DNA of 64,000 bases from Longimicrobiales bacterium (GTDB lineage: Bacteria > Gemmatimonadota > Gemmatimonadetes > Longimicrobiales > Gaopeijiaceae): positions 1,824,001-1,888,000 of the forward strand of contig CBDDCX010000008.1 in NCBI GenBank assembly GCA_965226375.1. Direction: 5' to 3'. A model generated the notes under the pieces. That model had not been told where the DNA came from, made no database searches, and saw nothing but the letters and a program-made list of their open reading frames with translations. Both the position numbers and the translations under genes were made by a program. Below are positions 51,596 through 61,803 of the stretch, in pieces (position 1 is the first letter of the stretch; each line of letters starts with the position of its first letter).

Positions 51596-54289
51596 TCAAT
51601 TCGGCACCCGCCGCTTCAGCTCCTCCACGAAGTTCTCCACCACGATCAGCTCGTTGACGATCTCCTCATCGCCTCCGAACGCACGCACCATCAGAAACTG
51701 TTGGTCGTCCGGAGAGATATCGTACTGACGGGTGATGTTGGTGAATGTGTACTCTCCCCTATACTGGAACAGACGCTCTCTACTCTCTACGCGGAAGGTG
51801 GGATCGGTAGAGATCTGGGCGGCCACCAACTGGCCGTCGCCGTCCACGTAGAACAGTTCCCGACCGCTGTGCGCCCAGCCGGGCGACATTCCCCCGTTGG
51901 TCGACACCTGCCACTTGCCGCTCTGTACGTCTGGAAACGGCCTGACGAAGACCTCGTCTTCGCCGGTCTCGTTGGATCGATACGCCAGCCAGCGGCCGTC
52001 GGGTGACAGATCGGGCGAGCTCTCGTCGTATTCGGCCACCAGGAGGGATGCGAGGGCATCGTCTCGACCGGGCCTCAAACCTACGATGTCACGCCCCCCG
52101 GCCACACCTCCGACGCCCGCAACACGGAGCACGATCCACTCTCCATCGCGACTCAGGCAGGCCTCGGCCATCGAAAGCTCGTCGTCGAGAACAGGCTCCG
52201 CCTCACCGGTACCGTCGGCACGTTTGGTCCAAAGGTCGAAGTTGTCCTCCTCCAACCGGTCCGACAGGAACAGGACCGATTCTCCGTCTGGTGTCCAACG
52301 CGGCATCTTGTCTTCCGCGTCGTCGAACGTCAGCCGAGAGAGCGGACCCTGGGGCAGCTCCTTCACCCAGATGTCATAGTTGTCGTCCGCACGGGCTCTG
52401 AGGGCCAAGCGTTGGCCGTCGGGGGACAGGAACCACCCGCGGTTGGCGTCCCCACGGTCGAAGGACCATCCCGGATCCACCGGGGTCGCCTCGCCGGACC
52501 GGGTCACCCACACGAACTCGCTGAGGCCTGCCGACACCGTGCCGGTCTGGTAGATCAGATCGCCGGAGCCGGACAAGGCGATCGTCGTGCCACCAAAACC
52601 ACCGACTGCCAACCCTTCGGTGAGAGACACCGAAGGGCCCATGACCTCCAGACGATCGGCGTCGAAAGGCGCGGCCAACATGGTACCGTCTGCGGTCACG
52701 TACACGATGTGTCCGGATGCCGAGTAGCGTGCGAAGACACCCCGCACGAGAACCTCGTACTCTCCCGTCGAAAGGTCGGCCACCGCGATATCGTATTCGG
52801 TCTGGTCGGCCCCACGAAAGATCGTAAACAGCACGCCTTTCCCGTTGGGCAGAACGTCCGGCCAACTGTGGCTGGCCTCCGATTCGCCGAGTGTGGTGAA
52901 CGGTGTGACGTCTCCTCCGGTCGGCGGGACACGCCCGAGCCCAGCCGGCGTGTCGACGTAGAGGTACCCGTCCGGCCCCCAAGCGAGTCCGGCGATTTGC
53001 GGCACGGCGTCCGTGACCGTGACCGGAGGGCCACCGCCGAGCGATACGACCTTGAGTGAGGTCGGTCCGAACGTGAAGAACGCGACACTCTCACCGTCCG
53101 GCGAGAACACGGGCTGCGAGGGGGAGCGCGTACCGGGTAGTGTTATTGCACCGAGCTGGTCCCGCTGTCGCAGCCAGAGCTGCGGTCGGCGCCCGTCCTG
53201 CGAGACACCTACGTAGACGAAGCGGGATCCGTCGGGAGAGATCGCGACCCCGGACCCGAAGCCGTCGTCGAAGGCCTCCGACTCCGGTAGCGCTATGCTG
53301 TACCGGCTGACCGGCTCGGGTGCGTCGGGCCTGAGGAAGGCGTAGGCCGACGTCCCCGCGAACACGACCGAGGCTGCAGCAAACCCCATGGCGATCCGCT
53401 TCCAGCGATCGCCGTCGACGCCCGCCCCCGTGCCGGCCAGTTCCCCGTGCCGGAATCCTGGGTCTTCGAGTGCCTTCGCGAAGTCCTGGGCCCCGGTGAA
53501 CCGATCGGCCGGCAGTTTCTCCAGCGCCTTCCGGATCGCGGCATCTACATTGGCCGGAATCGACGGCCGGTGTTCGGTGGGGGCCACGGGTCGGCCAGAG
53601 ATGATCTTGCCGAGGACCGCCTGCGCCGTGTTGCCCAGGTAAGGCGGCTCGCCGACCAGCATCTCGTAGAGCACGCAGGCAAGGGCGTACGTGTCGCTCG
53701 CGGCCCCTACGGTCTGATCGCCCGTGGCCTGTTCGGGGCTCATGTAGAACGGCGTACCTACGCTGAGGCCGGTCTCGGTCAGGCGTGCGCCCCCCGCCGC
53801 CCCCAATGCCAACGCGATGCCGAAGTCGGCCACGACCGGCTGGCCATCCTGCAGCAGGATATTGGCCGGCTTGATGTCCCGGTGGACAACCCCGGCTCGG
53901 TGAGCGTGGTCCAACGCGCCGGCCACCGCCGTGGCAAGCCGCACGGCCTCGTCGACCGGAAGCTGTTTCTCTTGATCGATCCGATCTGCCAGCGTCTCGC
54001 CCTGCACGTAGGGCATGACATAGAAGAGGAAGCTGTCGGCCTCGCCCGAATCGAAAAGCGGCAGGATATTCGGATGCTGGAGGTTCGCGGTCACCTTGAT
54101 CTCGGCCAGGAGGCGCTCGGCACCGACCACCGCAGCCAGCTCGGGCTTCAGGACCTTGAGCGCGACTTTGCGCTCGTGCTTGAGGTCGTCGGCCAGGTAC
54201 ACGGTGGCCATGCCGCCCTCGCCGAGTTCGCGCTCGATGACGTAGCGACCCTCGAGGGCTGCGTTCAGGCGTTCCATGGCGTCACTCAT
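51596..54289 (-). CDS. Ser/Thr protein kinase with TM and PD40/TolB-like propeller
   Basis: GEGGMATV, VALK, HRDIKPAN, DFG, YMSPE; SPDG repeats. Confidence 0.93.
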   Translation of the reverse strand: MSDAMERLNAALEGRYVIERELGEGGMATVYLADDLKHERKVALKVLKPELAAVVGAERLLAEIKVTANLQHPNILPLFDSGEADSFLFYVMPYVQGETLADRIDQEKQLPVDEAVRLATAVAGALDHAHRAGVVHRDIKPANILLQDGQPVVADFGIALALGAAGGARLTETGLSVGTPFYMSPEQATGDQTVGAASDTYALACVLYEMLVGEPPYLGNTAQAVLGKIISGRPVAPTEHRPSIPANVDAAIRKALEKLPADRFTGAQDFAKALEDPGFRHGELAGTGAGVDGDRWKRIAMGFAAASVVFAGTSAYAFLRPDAPEPVSRYSIALPESEAFDDGFGSGVAISPDGSRFVYVGVSQDGRRPQLWLRQRDQLGAITLPGTRSPSQPVFSPDGESVAFFTFGPTSLKVVSLGGGPPVTVTDAVPQIAGLAWGPDGYLYVDTPAGLGRVPPTGGDVTPFTTLGESEASHSWPDVLPNGKGVLFTIFRGADQTEYDIAVADLSTGEYEVLVRGVFARYSASGHIVYVTADGTMLAAPFDADRLEVMGPSVSLTEGLAVGGFGGTTIALSGSGDLIYQTGTVSAGLSEFVWVTRSGEATPVDPGWSFDRGDANRGWFLSPDGQRLALRARADDNYDIWVKELPQGPLSRLTFDDAEDKMPRWTPDGESVLFLSDRLEEDNFDLWTKRADGTGEAEPVLDDELSMAEACLSRDGEWIVLRVAGVGGVAGGRDIVGLRPGRDDALASLLVAEYDESSPDLSPDGRWLAYRSNETGEDEVFVRPFPDVQSGKWQVSTNGGMSPGWAHSGRELFYVDGDGQLVAAQISTDPTFRVESRERLFQYRGEYTFTNITRQYDISPDDQQFLMVRAFGGDEEIVNELIVVENFVEELKRRVPN

Positions 54290-54431
54290 GGGAGGCTCCG
54301 GCTCATTGGTGGTGCAGCAAGTGCGACCGCGCAGGGTCGCGCAGGCCACTCAGCGGGGTTGCTGGCTCAGACATGGCGAGCAACATGTGGCGAGGCTGGG
54401 GGAAACCACAAGAAAGTTGTGCCGCAGAACT

Positions 54432-54947
54432 CTACGCGCCGGTCGGAGTCTCAGGTGAGCGATCAAATCCGTCCGTGACGAACGCGACGTACGTGAACAC
54501 CGCAATGCTGACGATCCCCCAGGTCAGGCCGAGCACGACCCCGAGGTCCACTATGCCCCGCCACGGCTGAGCGACCCGTCGCACGCCCAACACCAAGGCC
54601 ACGATGCCGATGGTCAATAGGATCGACTTGATCTGCACGGAACGGGTGGCGTGGAAGTAACCCATACAGAAGAACGGGGCGAACAGCGATCGGAGCAGGT
54701 CTGGATGCGCGGTCAGGTATCTGGCCCGGGCGGCGACGCGGGGCGAGAAGGACCGCTGAAAGCCGCGGTACCCCTCTAGGACGAGCATGGCGGCCACCCA
54801 CAGCACGAGAACTACCCACTGTAGGACGCTCAGCGAAGACTCGAAGGTAGCCAACGCAATCGGGGTCAGCCGGTAGATCGCCTCGCCCAGGAGCAATCCG
54901 ACACCCCCGATCCCCCAAACGGCGCCGAGCTTGCCGACGAGGCTCAC
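54432..54947 (-). CDS. Hypothetical membrane protein
   Basis: 4 TM; EGYRGFQ..FSPRV, QPWRGIVD. Confidence 0.7.
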   Translation of the reverse strand: MSLVGKLGAVWGIGGVGLLLGEAIYRLTPIALATFESSLSVLQWVVLVLWVAAMLVLEGYRGFQRSFSPRVAARARYLTAHPDLLRSLFAPFFCMGYFHATRSVQIKSILLTIGIVALVLGVRRVAQPWRGIVDLGVVLGLTWGIVSIAVFTYVAFVTDGFDRSPETPTGA

Positions 54948-55003
54948 GGTCGAGCCGCCGGGCTCATTGTTCGACGACCCGGCTCATCGTTCGGCCACGT
55001 GGG

Positions 55004-55618
55004 TCACCGCCGCACCGCACCTGCACGGTTGGCGAGATCCTCGAGCACCTCGTACGGCTGGGCGCCCACGACGCCGAACCCCTCCGAGACGCACGTCGGC
55101 ACCCCGCTGACCCCCAGGTCGGTCGCGCGCTTCCAGTGGTCGTCGACGGCCTCCTGGTACGTCCGGTCTTCCACGATCGAACGCGCCTGGGCGGCATCGA
55201 GTCCCACCGACGCCGCCACATCCACGAGGACCTCGGTTGCGGCCACGTTGCGATTGTCGACGAAGTAGGCGCGGAAGAGGGCGTCATGCATGGCGTCGGT
55301 CACACCCTCCTCGTCACCCCACACGGCCAACTCCTGAGCCAGACGGCTGTTGTACGTGTGGGTCCGGTCTCCGTACTCGACACCTTCTTCTTCCATCAAC
55401 CTGATGAGTTTCACACTCATGCGGGTCCACGCGTCCTCACGACCCGCAAACAGGTCCGTCACGGGACGCCCCTCGACGGGAGTCTCCGGGTGAAGCGGGA
55501 AATACGTGTACCTGACCTCGAGGTCGTACTCGGCTTCCAGCTTGCGAACGCGCCCGGCGCTCAGGTAGCACCAAGGTCAGACGAAGTCGGTGAAGACCTC
55601 GAAGACTCTCGTGGTCAC
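55004..55618 (-). CDS. Selenocysteine-containing DsbA/FrnE-like oxidoreductase (UxxC; UGA at 55577-55579)
   Basis: Manual translation MTTRVFEVFTDFV-U-PWCYL...FPLHPETP continues in frame into ORF 55004..55462 (GVSGVPT, GAQP); the GTG start overlaps the upstream TAG. Confidence 0.85.
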
Positions 55619-57084
55619 TACCGCCCCACCCTGCCCTTCAACTGCTCCAGAATCGCCAGCGAGTCGTAGCCCACCCCTTTGCGGAACACGATCCGAGTGT
55701 TCTTGATCACGGTCGGGTCATCGGCCAGTGCTCCCTCCAGGACGATCAGATCCGCCTGCATGCCGGCCTGGATCCTACCGACGCGGTCGCCGATTCCGAG
55801 TGCTTGGGCACCGTTGTACGTCATGACCTGAACCGCCTGTCCTGCCGTGAACCCTCCCCGCCCCGCCAGCAACTCGTAGTTCCGCTGATCACCGAACCCG
55901 GCGATCACCCAGACGCAGCAGGGGTCGGACCCCGCCGTCAGCAACCCTCCCTGATCGTAGAACGACTTCTCGAACTCCCAGAGCCGGTGCATCATTTGAG
56001 CGCCGGTCTCGGTGGCCTCGGGCTTACGCGCCTCGTACTGCTCCTCGACCCACTCGGCGATCTCGGGGTGAAGCACGTCCAGCACCCGCCGGTCCAGCTC
56101 GTAGAAGGACGGCTTTCCGATCTCGTTTACAGCCAGCGTGGACGTGAGCCCTACTCCAGCTTCGATCATGTGAGAGATGGTGGCCTGGACCCGCGGCTCT
56201 CCGATGTCCATTGCCGCGTAGGTATCCATCATCTCCTGATACGAGTCGGCGCTGTTCAGCGGACACTCGTCTTCCTGCTTGCCCGGGAAGTACTGGAGAT
56301 CGGTGTCGAAGCCGTGCTCCAGGTGATCGATGCCCAGGTTGACGGCCTCGGGGAAGGTCACCGAACAGAGGTGGGCGGTGACCTTGACCCCGTACTTGTG
56401 GGCCTCGTCGATGGCGGCACCGAGCTGCGCGCGCGTGATCGTCGTGTACGCCTTGAACCAGCTCACGCCTTCCTGTGCCCAATAGCGCACCAGACGGCGG
56501 GCATCCTCCGCGTCCTCGAGCTCGTGCATGACGCCCAGGGGAGAGGTCGGCCCCTGTAGGTACGGACCCGTCACGAAGATCTCCGGGCCGATCCGGCTTC
56601 CCTCGGCGATGGCGGCCTTCATGTTCAGCTCCTGATACGGATCCACGCTCCCCGTGGTGCGGATTGTGGTGACGCCGTTGGCCAGGAAAAGCATGGGATA
56701 CGTGGCCAGCTGAGGCCTCATGCCACCCATGTTGGACGAGAGGTACATATGGTCGTGCAGGCCGATGATGCCCGGCATGACGGTATGTCCGGAGAGGTCG
56801 AACGTTTCGGCGCCTGAGGGCACCTGAACCGATCCGAACGCTCCCACGGCCTCGATGTCGCCGTCCCGGATGAGGACCGTCTGGTCCTCCACCGCTTCAG
56901 CACCCGTTCCGTCGATGACGGTCACATGGTTGAGGGCCACGACGTGTGCGTCGGTCCGTATCAGCGACGGGGTCTGCGCTGCGACATCGGCCACAAATAC
57001 CAGGCCCGTCAGCACCCACGCCACCACGAACGCCCGCACCCCTACCGCCCCAAACACCAACCCTCGCTGCAATCGTCTCATCAT
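55618..57084 (-). CDS. Exported amidohydrolase family protein
   Basis: PGIIGLHDH, FKAY, TAH, EHG, GSD, ADLIV. Confidence 0.88.
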   Translation of the reverse strand: MMRRLQRGLVFGAVGVRAFVVAWVLTGLVFVADVAAQTPSLIRTDAHVVALNHVTVIDGTGAEAVEDQTVLIRDGDIEAVGAFGSVQVPSGAETFDLSGHTVMPGIIGLHDHMYLSSNMGGMRPQLATYPMLFLANGVTTIRTTGSVDPYQELNMKAAIAEGSRIGPEIFVTGPYLQGPTSPLGVMHELEDAEDARRLVRYWAQEGVSWFKAYTTITRAQLGAAIDEAHKYGVKVTAHLCSVTFPEAVNLGIDHLEHGFDTDLQYFPGKQEDECPLNSADSYQEMMDTYAAMDIGEPRVQATISHMIEAGVGLTSTLAVNEIGKPSFYELDRRVLDVLHPEIAEWVEEQYEARKPEATETGAQMMHRLWEFEKSFYDQGGLLTAGSDPCCVWVIAGFGDQRNYELLAGRGGFTAGQAVQVMTYNGAQALGIGDRVGRIQAGMQADLIVLEGALADDPTVIKNTRIVFRKGVGYDSLAILEQLKGRVGR

Positions 57085-57122
57085 TCTCTCATTCCTCCAC
57101 GCTGTTCAATCCCACACTCAGC

Positions 57123-59324
57123 CTAGGGGGCCGGATCTACCGCAAACGTGATGGACATTCCCGAGCCCATGTGCTCGGGGATCTGACAGTTGAGCATCCA
57201 GTTGCCCGGGTTCGACATGTCGACCAGAAGATCCACGGTCGAGCCCACCGGGATGATCGCCGTATCTTTCCAGACCAGATTCGTCGGCCGGACGCCATCC
57301 CGCTCCACCACCAGAAAGCGCTGGCCGTGAAGGTGCATCGGGTGGTTCATGGGGTGCATGCCGCGTCCCGGGTTCACGATGCGGATCTTGGCCACGTCCC
57401 CCTCGGTAAAGCGCCAACCGACGGCCGGACCTATTTCCTCAGCATCGGCGAACTCTTCCGCCTCGTCTTCAGCCACCCCCAACTCGGCATCGGCACCCCC
57501 TGCGGACCCCGAGGGCTCGTGGACAACCCATCGGACCGCAAGCCCCGTGGTCAGCCAGTTCATCACGGGCATGGCGTCATTCCACTCCATGGGCGGCGAG
57601 TAAGTGGAGCTACGGATCGCCATGTCGAGGACGGGCGGCAGATCCTGGACGACTAAGCGCAACTCGACCTCGTGGTCCACCGGCTTGTCGAAATACGGTC
57701 GAAACCGGTCGATATCGGCGATGACTGATGCGTTTTCCCTCGGTTGAGAGAACGATCGTGAGTAGTCGCGGGCGGTCTCGCCGGTCCCCACACGTACGAC
57801 GCCCAGGGTGTCCACCTTTGCGTAGAAGACACCCGCGAAGTGGTTGAGGGCGCTCACCCGGTTCGTGATGGCGACGTCGCCCGGCTCGTCGAAGCGGGCC
57901 TCTACCACATAACGTTGGCCCGGAGCGATCACCACGCTCTCCACCCACTCCTCGCGTTCGAACCTGCCCAGATCCCCTGCAACGACCTTCATGGGCGCAC
58001 CGTCCAAGGCCACATTGAAGATGCGCGTGTTGGAAGCGTTGATCAGGAAGAGGCGCACCACGTCCCCGTCGTCGACGGAGAACTCGTGGTCCGCCCTCCC
58101 GTTCACGACGATCTCCGTGCCGAACCGGCCCATGAGAGCGTGCGTCGGGGTCTCGAGGCCCCAGGGAATGAGCCCTTGGCCGTCGATCAAGAGATCGTCG
58201 AGGATCAGGACCTCTTCACGGTTCACGTCGGCGTAGTAGTCTTCCTCCTCCGGTTCCACGAGGATCGCCCCATAAAGGCCGAGATCCTGGGCCGCGTCGG
58301 CTCGCTGATGTGGGTGGTACCAGTAGACACCGGGATCGGGAAAACGGACACGAGCGGTGTAAGTGTCGCCCGGTCGGACGGGTCGCTGAGTGAGTCCGGG
58401 AACGCCATCGAAGCGGTTCTCTAATCGGACCCCATGCCAGCGCAGAGTCGTGGACAGGGCCGTGGAGTTGGTGAAGGCCACCACGATCTCGGAACCCTGC
58501 CGGACCCTCAGCACCGGCCCGGGGCTCTGCCCGTTGAATCCGTACAGACCGAGGTCATGGCCCCGCAGGCGGGCCCGGACCGGCGCGGCCTCCAGATGGA
58601 GCGTGTCGCCATCCGCCAGGGTCACCGTGCCTGGTCGCTCTACCGGGGGTACGGGACCCTGCTCGGTCTCGACTCCCGGAAGGAAGGGCTCTGCCGCGGG
58701 GATCAATCCCATGAGGCCCGGCATCATGGGTGATGCCGGCGCCATGGGCGGGGCCCTCCACCCGGACGCCGAGTTGTCGATATTCGAGGGCGGAAACATG
58801 AGAGCGTCCTGGTGCTGCTGGGCCTGGGCACTCGGAGAGGTCCCCCGGAGGACCAGGCGGCCCGTCCGCTCCGGCACGCTCGCGTTCGGCTCCGCACTGA
58901 TCAGAATACGAAACTGGTCGTAGTCCAGCGTACCCAGTGACACCACGCCGTTCGTGACTAACCCCAACTTGACGGGCTCGCCGAGTAGCAGCGTCGTGGC
59001 CCAGGCCACATAAACCGTGTAGTCACCCAGCGTCTCCGGCGCCGGAAGGCCCTCTACCCTCGCCGTCAGCTCGTAGAGGTAGTGCCCGTCCCGGGTGACC
59101 GAGACGTCGAACGGGGTCGGCACTCCACGAAGCTCGAGGATGCCCGAAGCGCCACGGAGCGCCGGCACCGGGATCAGATCGGCGCAATACGCGCTCCAGG
59201 CCGGAACGGTCGCCGTGGTCGCGTCCGTTGGGCAAAGCTCCGCAACCGGGGGCGTCTGCGCGACACCCCCGGTCTGCGGAAGGCTCAACATGCCAAGCAG
59301 GAGAGCACCTGCCAACGTCGTCAC
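57123..59324 (-). CDS. Multicopper oxidase homolog with degenerate trinuclear Cu site and N-terminal extension
   Basis: NGQSPGP, RWHG, WYHPH, HPMHLHG, NCQIPEHMGSGM. Confidence 0.88.
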   Translation of the reverse strand: MTTLAGALLLGMLSLPQTGGVAQTPPVAELCPTDATTATVPAWSAYCADLIPVPALRGASGILELRGVPTPFDVSVTRDGHYLYELTARVEGLPAPETLGDYTVYVAWATTLLLGEPVKLGLVTNGVVSLGTLDYDQFRILISAEPNASVPERTGRLVLRGTSPSAQAQQHQDALMFPPSNIDNSASGWRAPPMAPASPMMPGLMGLIPAAEPFLPGVETEQGPVPPVERPGTVTLADGDTLHLEAAPVRARLRGHDLGLYGFNGQSPGPVLRVRQGSEIVVAFTNSTALSTTLRWHGVRLENRFDGVPGLTQRPVRPGDTYTARVRFPDPGVYWYHPHQRADAAQDLGLYGAILVEPEEEDYYADVNREEVLILDDLLIDGQGLIPWGLETPTHALMGRFGTEIVVNGRADHEFSVDDGDVVRLFLINASNTRIFNVALDGAPMKVVAGDLGRFEREEWVESVVIAPGQRYVVEARFDEPGDVAITNRVSALNHFAGVFYAKVDTLGVVRVGTGETARDYSRSFSQPRENASVIADIDRFRPYFDKPVDHEVELRLVVQDLPPVLDMAIRSSTYSPPMEWNDAMPVMNWLTTGLAVRWVVHEPSGSAGGADAELGVAEDEAEEFADAEEIGPAVGWRFTEGDVAKIRIVNPGRGMHPMNHPMHLHGQRFLVVERDGVRPTNLVWKDTAIIPVGSTVDLLVDMSNPGNWMLNCQIPEHMGSGMSITFAVDPAP

Positions 59325-59403
59325 CTTGTTACCCCCTTCTCTATTCCCCGCACCAATCCTTCACGGCGTTCCGGGGGCTGGTCATATGCTCTCTTTCTAC
59401 CAC

Positions 59404-60723
59404 CTAGTAGCGCGTCACCGCCTGGTAGGCCGGACCGTTCACCCAGTCCTGCACGCTCGAGATGTTGGGTTGACCCCAGTCCAGGCCGTTCCAACCGTTG
59501 AAGCCATCCATCTTGAAAGCCCAGAAGCCCGTCTGTGAGTCGGACGACACGATCAGGCCATCGGCGTTCCTCACGTCGACTCCCCAGTTCCCGCCCATGC
59601 CTCGGTTCTCTTCCGGCTCCAGGTAGGTGTCGTAGTGAGCGACCGTCTTCGGGTGCTTGGGATCGGACAACGTGAAGACCTGCATACCGTCCAGATACCC
59701 GGACACGAAGACGAAGGGCCAGCGCACCTCGTGGTTGTGCGACAGGTGCTCCCAGTTGGCGGTCCACGCCGAGATGGGCCGGCGAATATTCTGGACCTCA
59801 CCGTCCAGGGCAGGCTTGAGGTCGAAGATGCGCAGTGGCGCGTACTGGTACTCCACCTCACCCACGACATAACGACCGTCGGGCGAGGGAGTGAACGTAT
59901 GGCCCCAATCGACTCCACTGACCCCCGTGAGGGTCACCATGAGCTCCGGGTTCTCGAGGTCGGTGATGTTGTAGACGTAGAACCCACCGGTACCGCCCCC
60001 ATAGAAGCGGTCCTGCTCGCTATCCGCGTGGTAGCCGGCGTAGAAATCGTGGTAGCCGCGAGGTCCGGGGCGATCAGAATCGTTCGCCGGAACAGGGATC
60101 TGGGCGACGAGCGCCTCGTCGAGCCGGCCTTCGACTACATATCCCAGGTCGTAGACGTTGGCGAACGGTCCCGACACGGTGGAAATGAGAAGGGGACGTC
60201 CATTGCTGTGCCGGTAGACATAGATGTTGTGGAAACCACCGAGTTCACCGGGGCCCTGGATGCGACCCACTTCCTTCCAGGTCGAGACGTCGGGCAGCCC
60301 GGTCGCGTCGAAGACTACGGCGCCCAGGTCGGCATCCGGGCCGCCCTGGCGAAACTGAACCGAGTGGACGACGTAGTTCCGCCCGTTGTACTCGAAGATC
60401 TTGATGTCTTTTCCGGCGGACCCGACGTGAATGTCCATATCTTCGAAGCGCCAGCGGTGGAGGACCTTGGCATCGTAAGGATCGCTCAGGTCGATGATGT
60501 CCAAGCCCCCGTCCTGCTTCGCCACATAGGCGTAGGGACGGTCCATGTCCTGCTCGATTTCGATGTCGGACACGCTGGGCCCCAGGGGGACGTGCGCCAC
60601 GACTTCGATGTTGTCGCTCCCCCGCTTCTCGGCGTCTTCTTGGGCCGAGGCCGGGTTCGCAGCGAAGAGGGCCGCCACGCCCAAGAGGGCACAGGCAGAC
60701 GTCAGGGATCTCCACTTGATCAT
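59404..60723 (-). CDS. Secreted LVIVD-like beta-propeller protein
   Basis: Signal peptide; GLDIIDLSDP, YVYNITDLENP, GMQVFTLSDP blades; recurring His motifs. Confidence 0.78.
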   Translation of the reverse strand: MIKWRSLTSACALLGVAALFAANPASAQEDAEKRGSDNIEVVAHVPLGPSVSDIEIEQDMDRPYAYVAKQDGGLDIIDLSDPYDAKVLHRWRFEDMDIHVGSAGKDIKIFEYNGRNYVVHSVQFRQGGPDADLGAVVFDATGLPDVSTWKEVGRIQGPGELGGFHNIYVYRHSNGRPLLISTVSGPFANVYDLGYVVEGRLDEALVAQIPVPANDSDRPGPRGYHDFYAGYHADSEQDRFYGGGTGGFYVYNITDLENPELMVTLTGVSGVDWGHTFTPSPDGRYVVGEVEYQYAPLRIFDLKPALDGEVQNIRRPISAWTANWEHLSHNHEVRWPFVFVSGYLDGMQVFTLSDPKHPKTVAHYDTYLEPEENRGMGGNWGVDVRNADGLIVSSDSQTGFWAFKMDGFNGWNGLDWGQPNISSVQDWVNGPAYQAVTRY

Positions 60724-60991
60724 GATTCACCTCGTTTAGTTCTACCCACGGCCGGCAGCACGACGGCTGGACCACGGCAGGAGCGCACGGCGGAAAGGCT
60801 GCATTATATCGGCATTTTCGCCGCGGGGCATCTCTGTAAGGCAGGATCCACGCGGCATGTGTTCGCAACCCCCATGCCGATCACTCGGTGCCCGGCTCCT
60901 GGAGTCGTCACCACCGGCTAGTCTCGGGGTGATCAAACCGCCATTATGAGAGACGCAGACCCCCCTCAGTTGGGACAGGAAGGAAGCCATC

Positions 60992-61786
60992 ATGAAGAGA
61001 AGAGATTTCATCGCCGCCTCCGCGATGGGCGCCATCGGCCTCAGGACGGGAGACGTACCTTTGGACGGCCTGAAGGCCCCAGCCTTCGCTCAGAACCGAA
61101 ACCGAAAGATTCTCATAGCCGGCGGGGGGTTTGGGACGACTTACATCAAGTACCTGGCGGAGCTCACCGGCAAAGAGAGACCGAGGATCTGCTATCTACC
61201 CACGGCTTCGGCCGATCGTGAGTCCGGCAACCTTCGCTGGTATCAGAATTGTGCGCCCCTGAACGTCGAGCCCCATGTACAGGCGAGCTTCATCAACAGC
61301 CATCGCATGAAGCAAACGTTCGAAGACGTGCTGCTGTCCATGGACGGAATCGTGGTCTCCGGTGGCAACACGCTGAATCAGCAGGTGATCTGGAAGGCGC
61401 ACGGCATCGACGAGGTGCTCAAGCAAGCCTGGGACCGCGGGATCGTGCTCGGCGGGGCGAGTGCCGGCTCACTGTGTTGGTTCGACGAGGGCACCACGGA
61501 CTCCAGACCCATCGAACTGACCAAGGTGGAGTGCCTTGGCTTTCTCAAGGGAAGCCACTCCCCCCACTACGATGCAGACGAAGAGCGTCGGCCGACGTAC
61601 CAGAGGATGATCCTGTCTGGTGAGCTACAACCCGGATACGCCTGTGACAACGACGCCGGCATCTACTTCGTGGACAACGAGGTCGAGCGGGTGGTGCATA
61701 CCCGGGGCGACGCCAAGGTCTACTACGTGAGCGTGGTCGGGGGCAGAGTCACGGAGAAGGAGCTACCGGCCGAGATGATCGACTAA
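60992..61786 (+). CDS. Peptidase E (S51) family with Tat signal
   Basis: KRRDFI, YLPTAS, SGGNT, GASAG, SPHYD. Confidence 0.88.
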   Translation: MKRRDFIAASAMGAIGLRTGDVPLDGLKAPAFAQNRNRKILIAGGGFGTTYIKYLAELTGKERPRICYLPTASADRESGNLRWYQNCAPLNVEPHVQASFINSHRMKQTFEDVLLSMDGIVVSGGNTLNQQVIWKAHGIDEVLKQAWDRGIVLGGASAGSLCWFDEGTTDSRPIELTKVECLGFLKGSHSPHYDADEERRPTYQRMILSGELQPGYACDNDAGIYFVDNEVERVVHTRGDAKVYYVSVVGGRVTEKELPAEMID

Positions 61787-61803
61787 GGCCTCGGACGAGG
61801 GTC

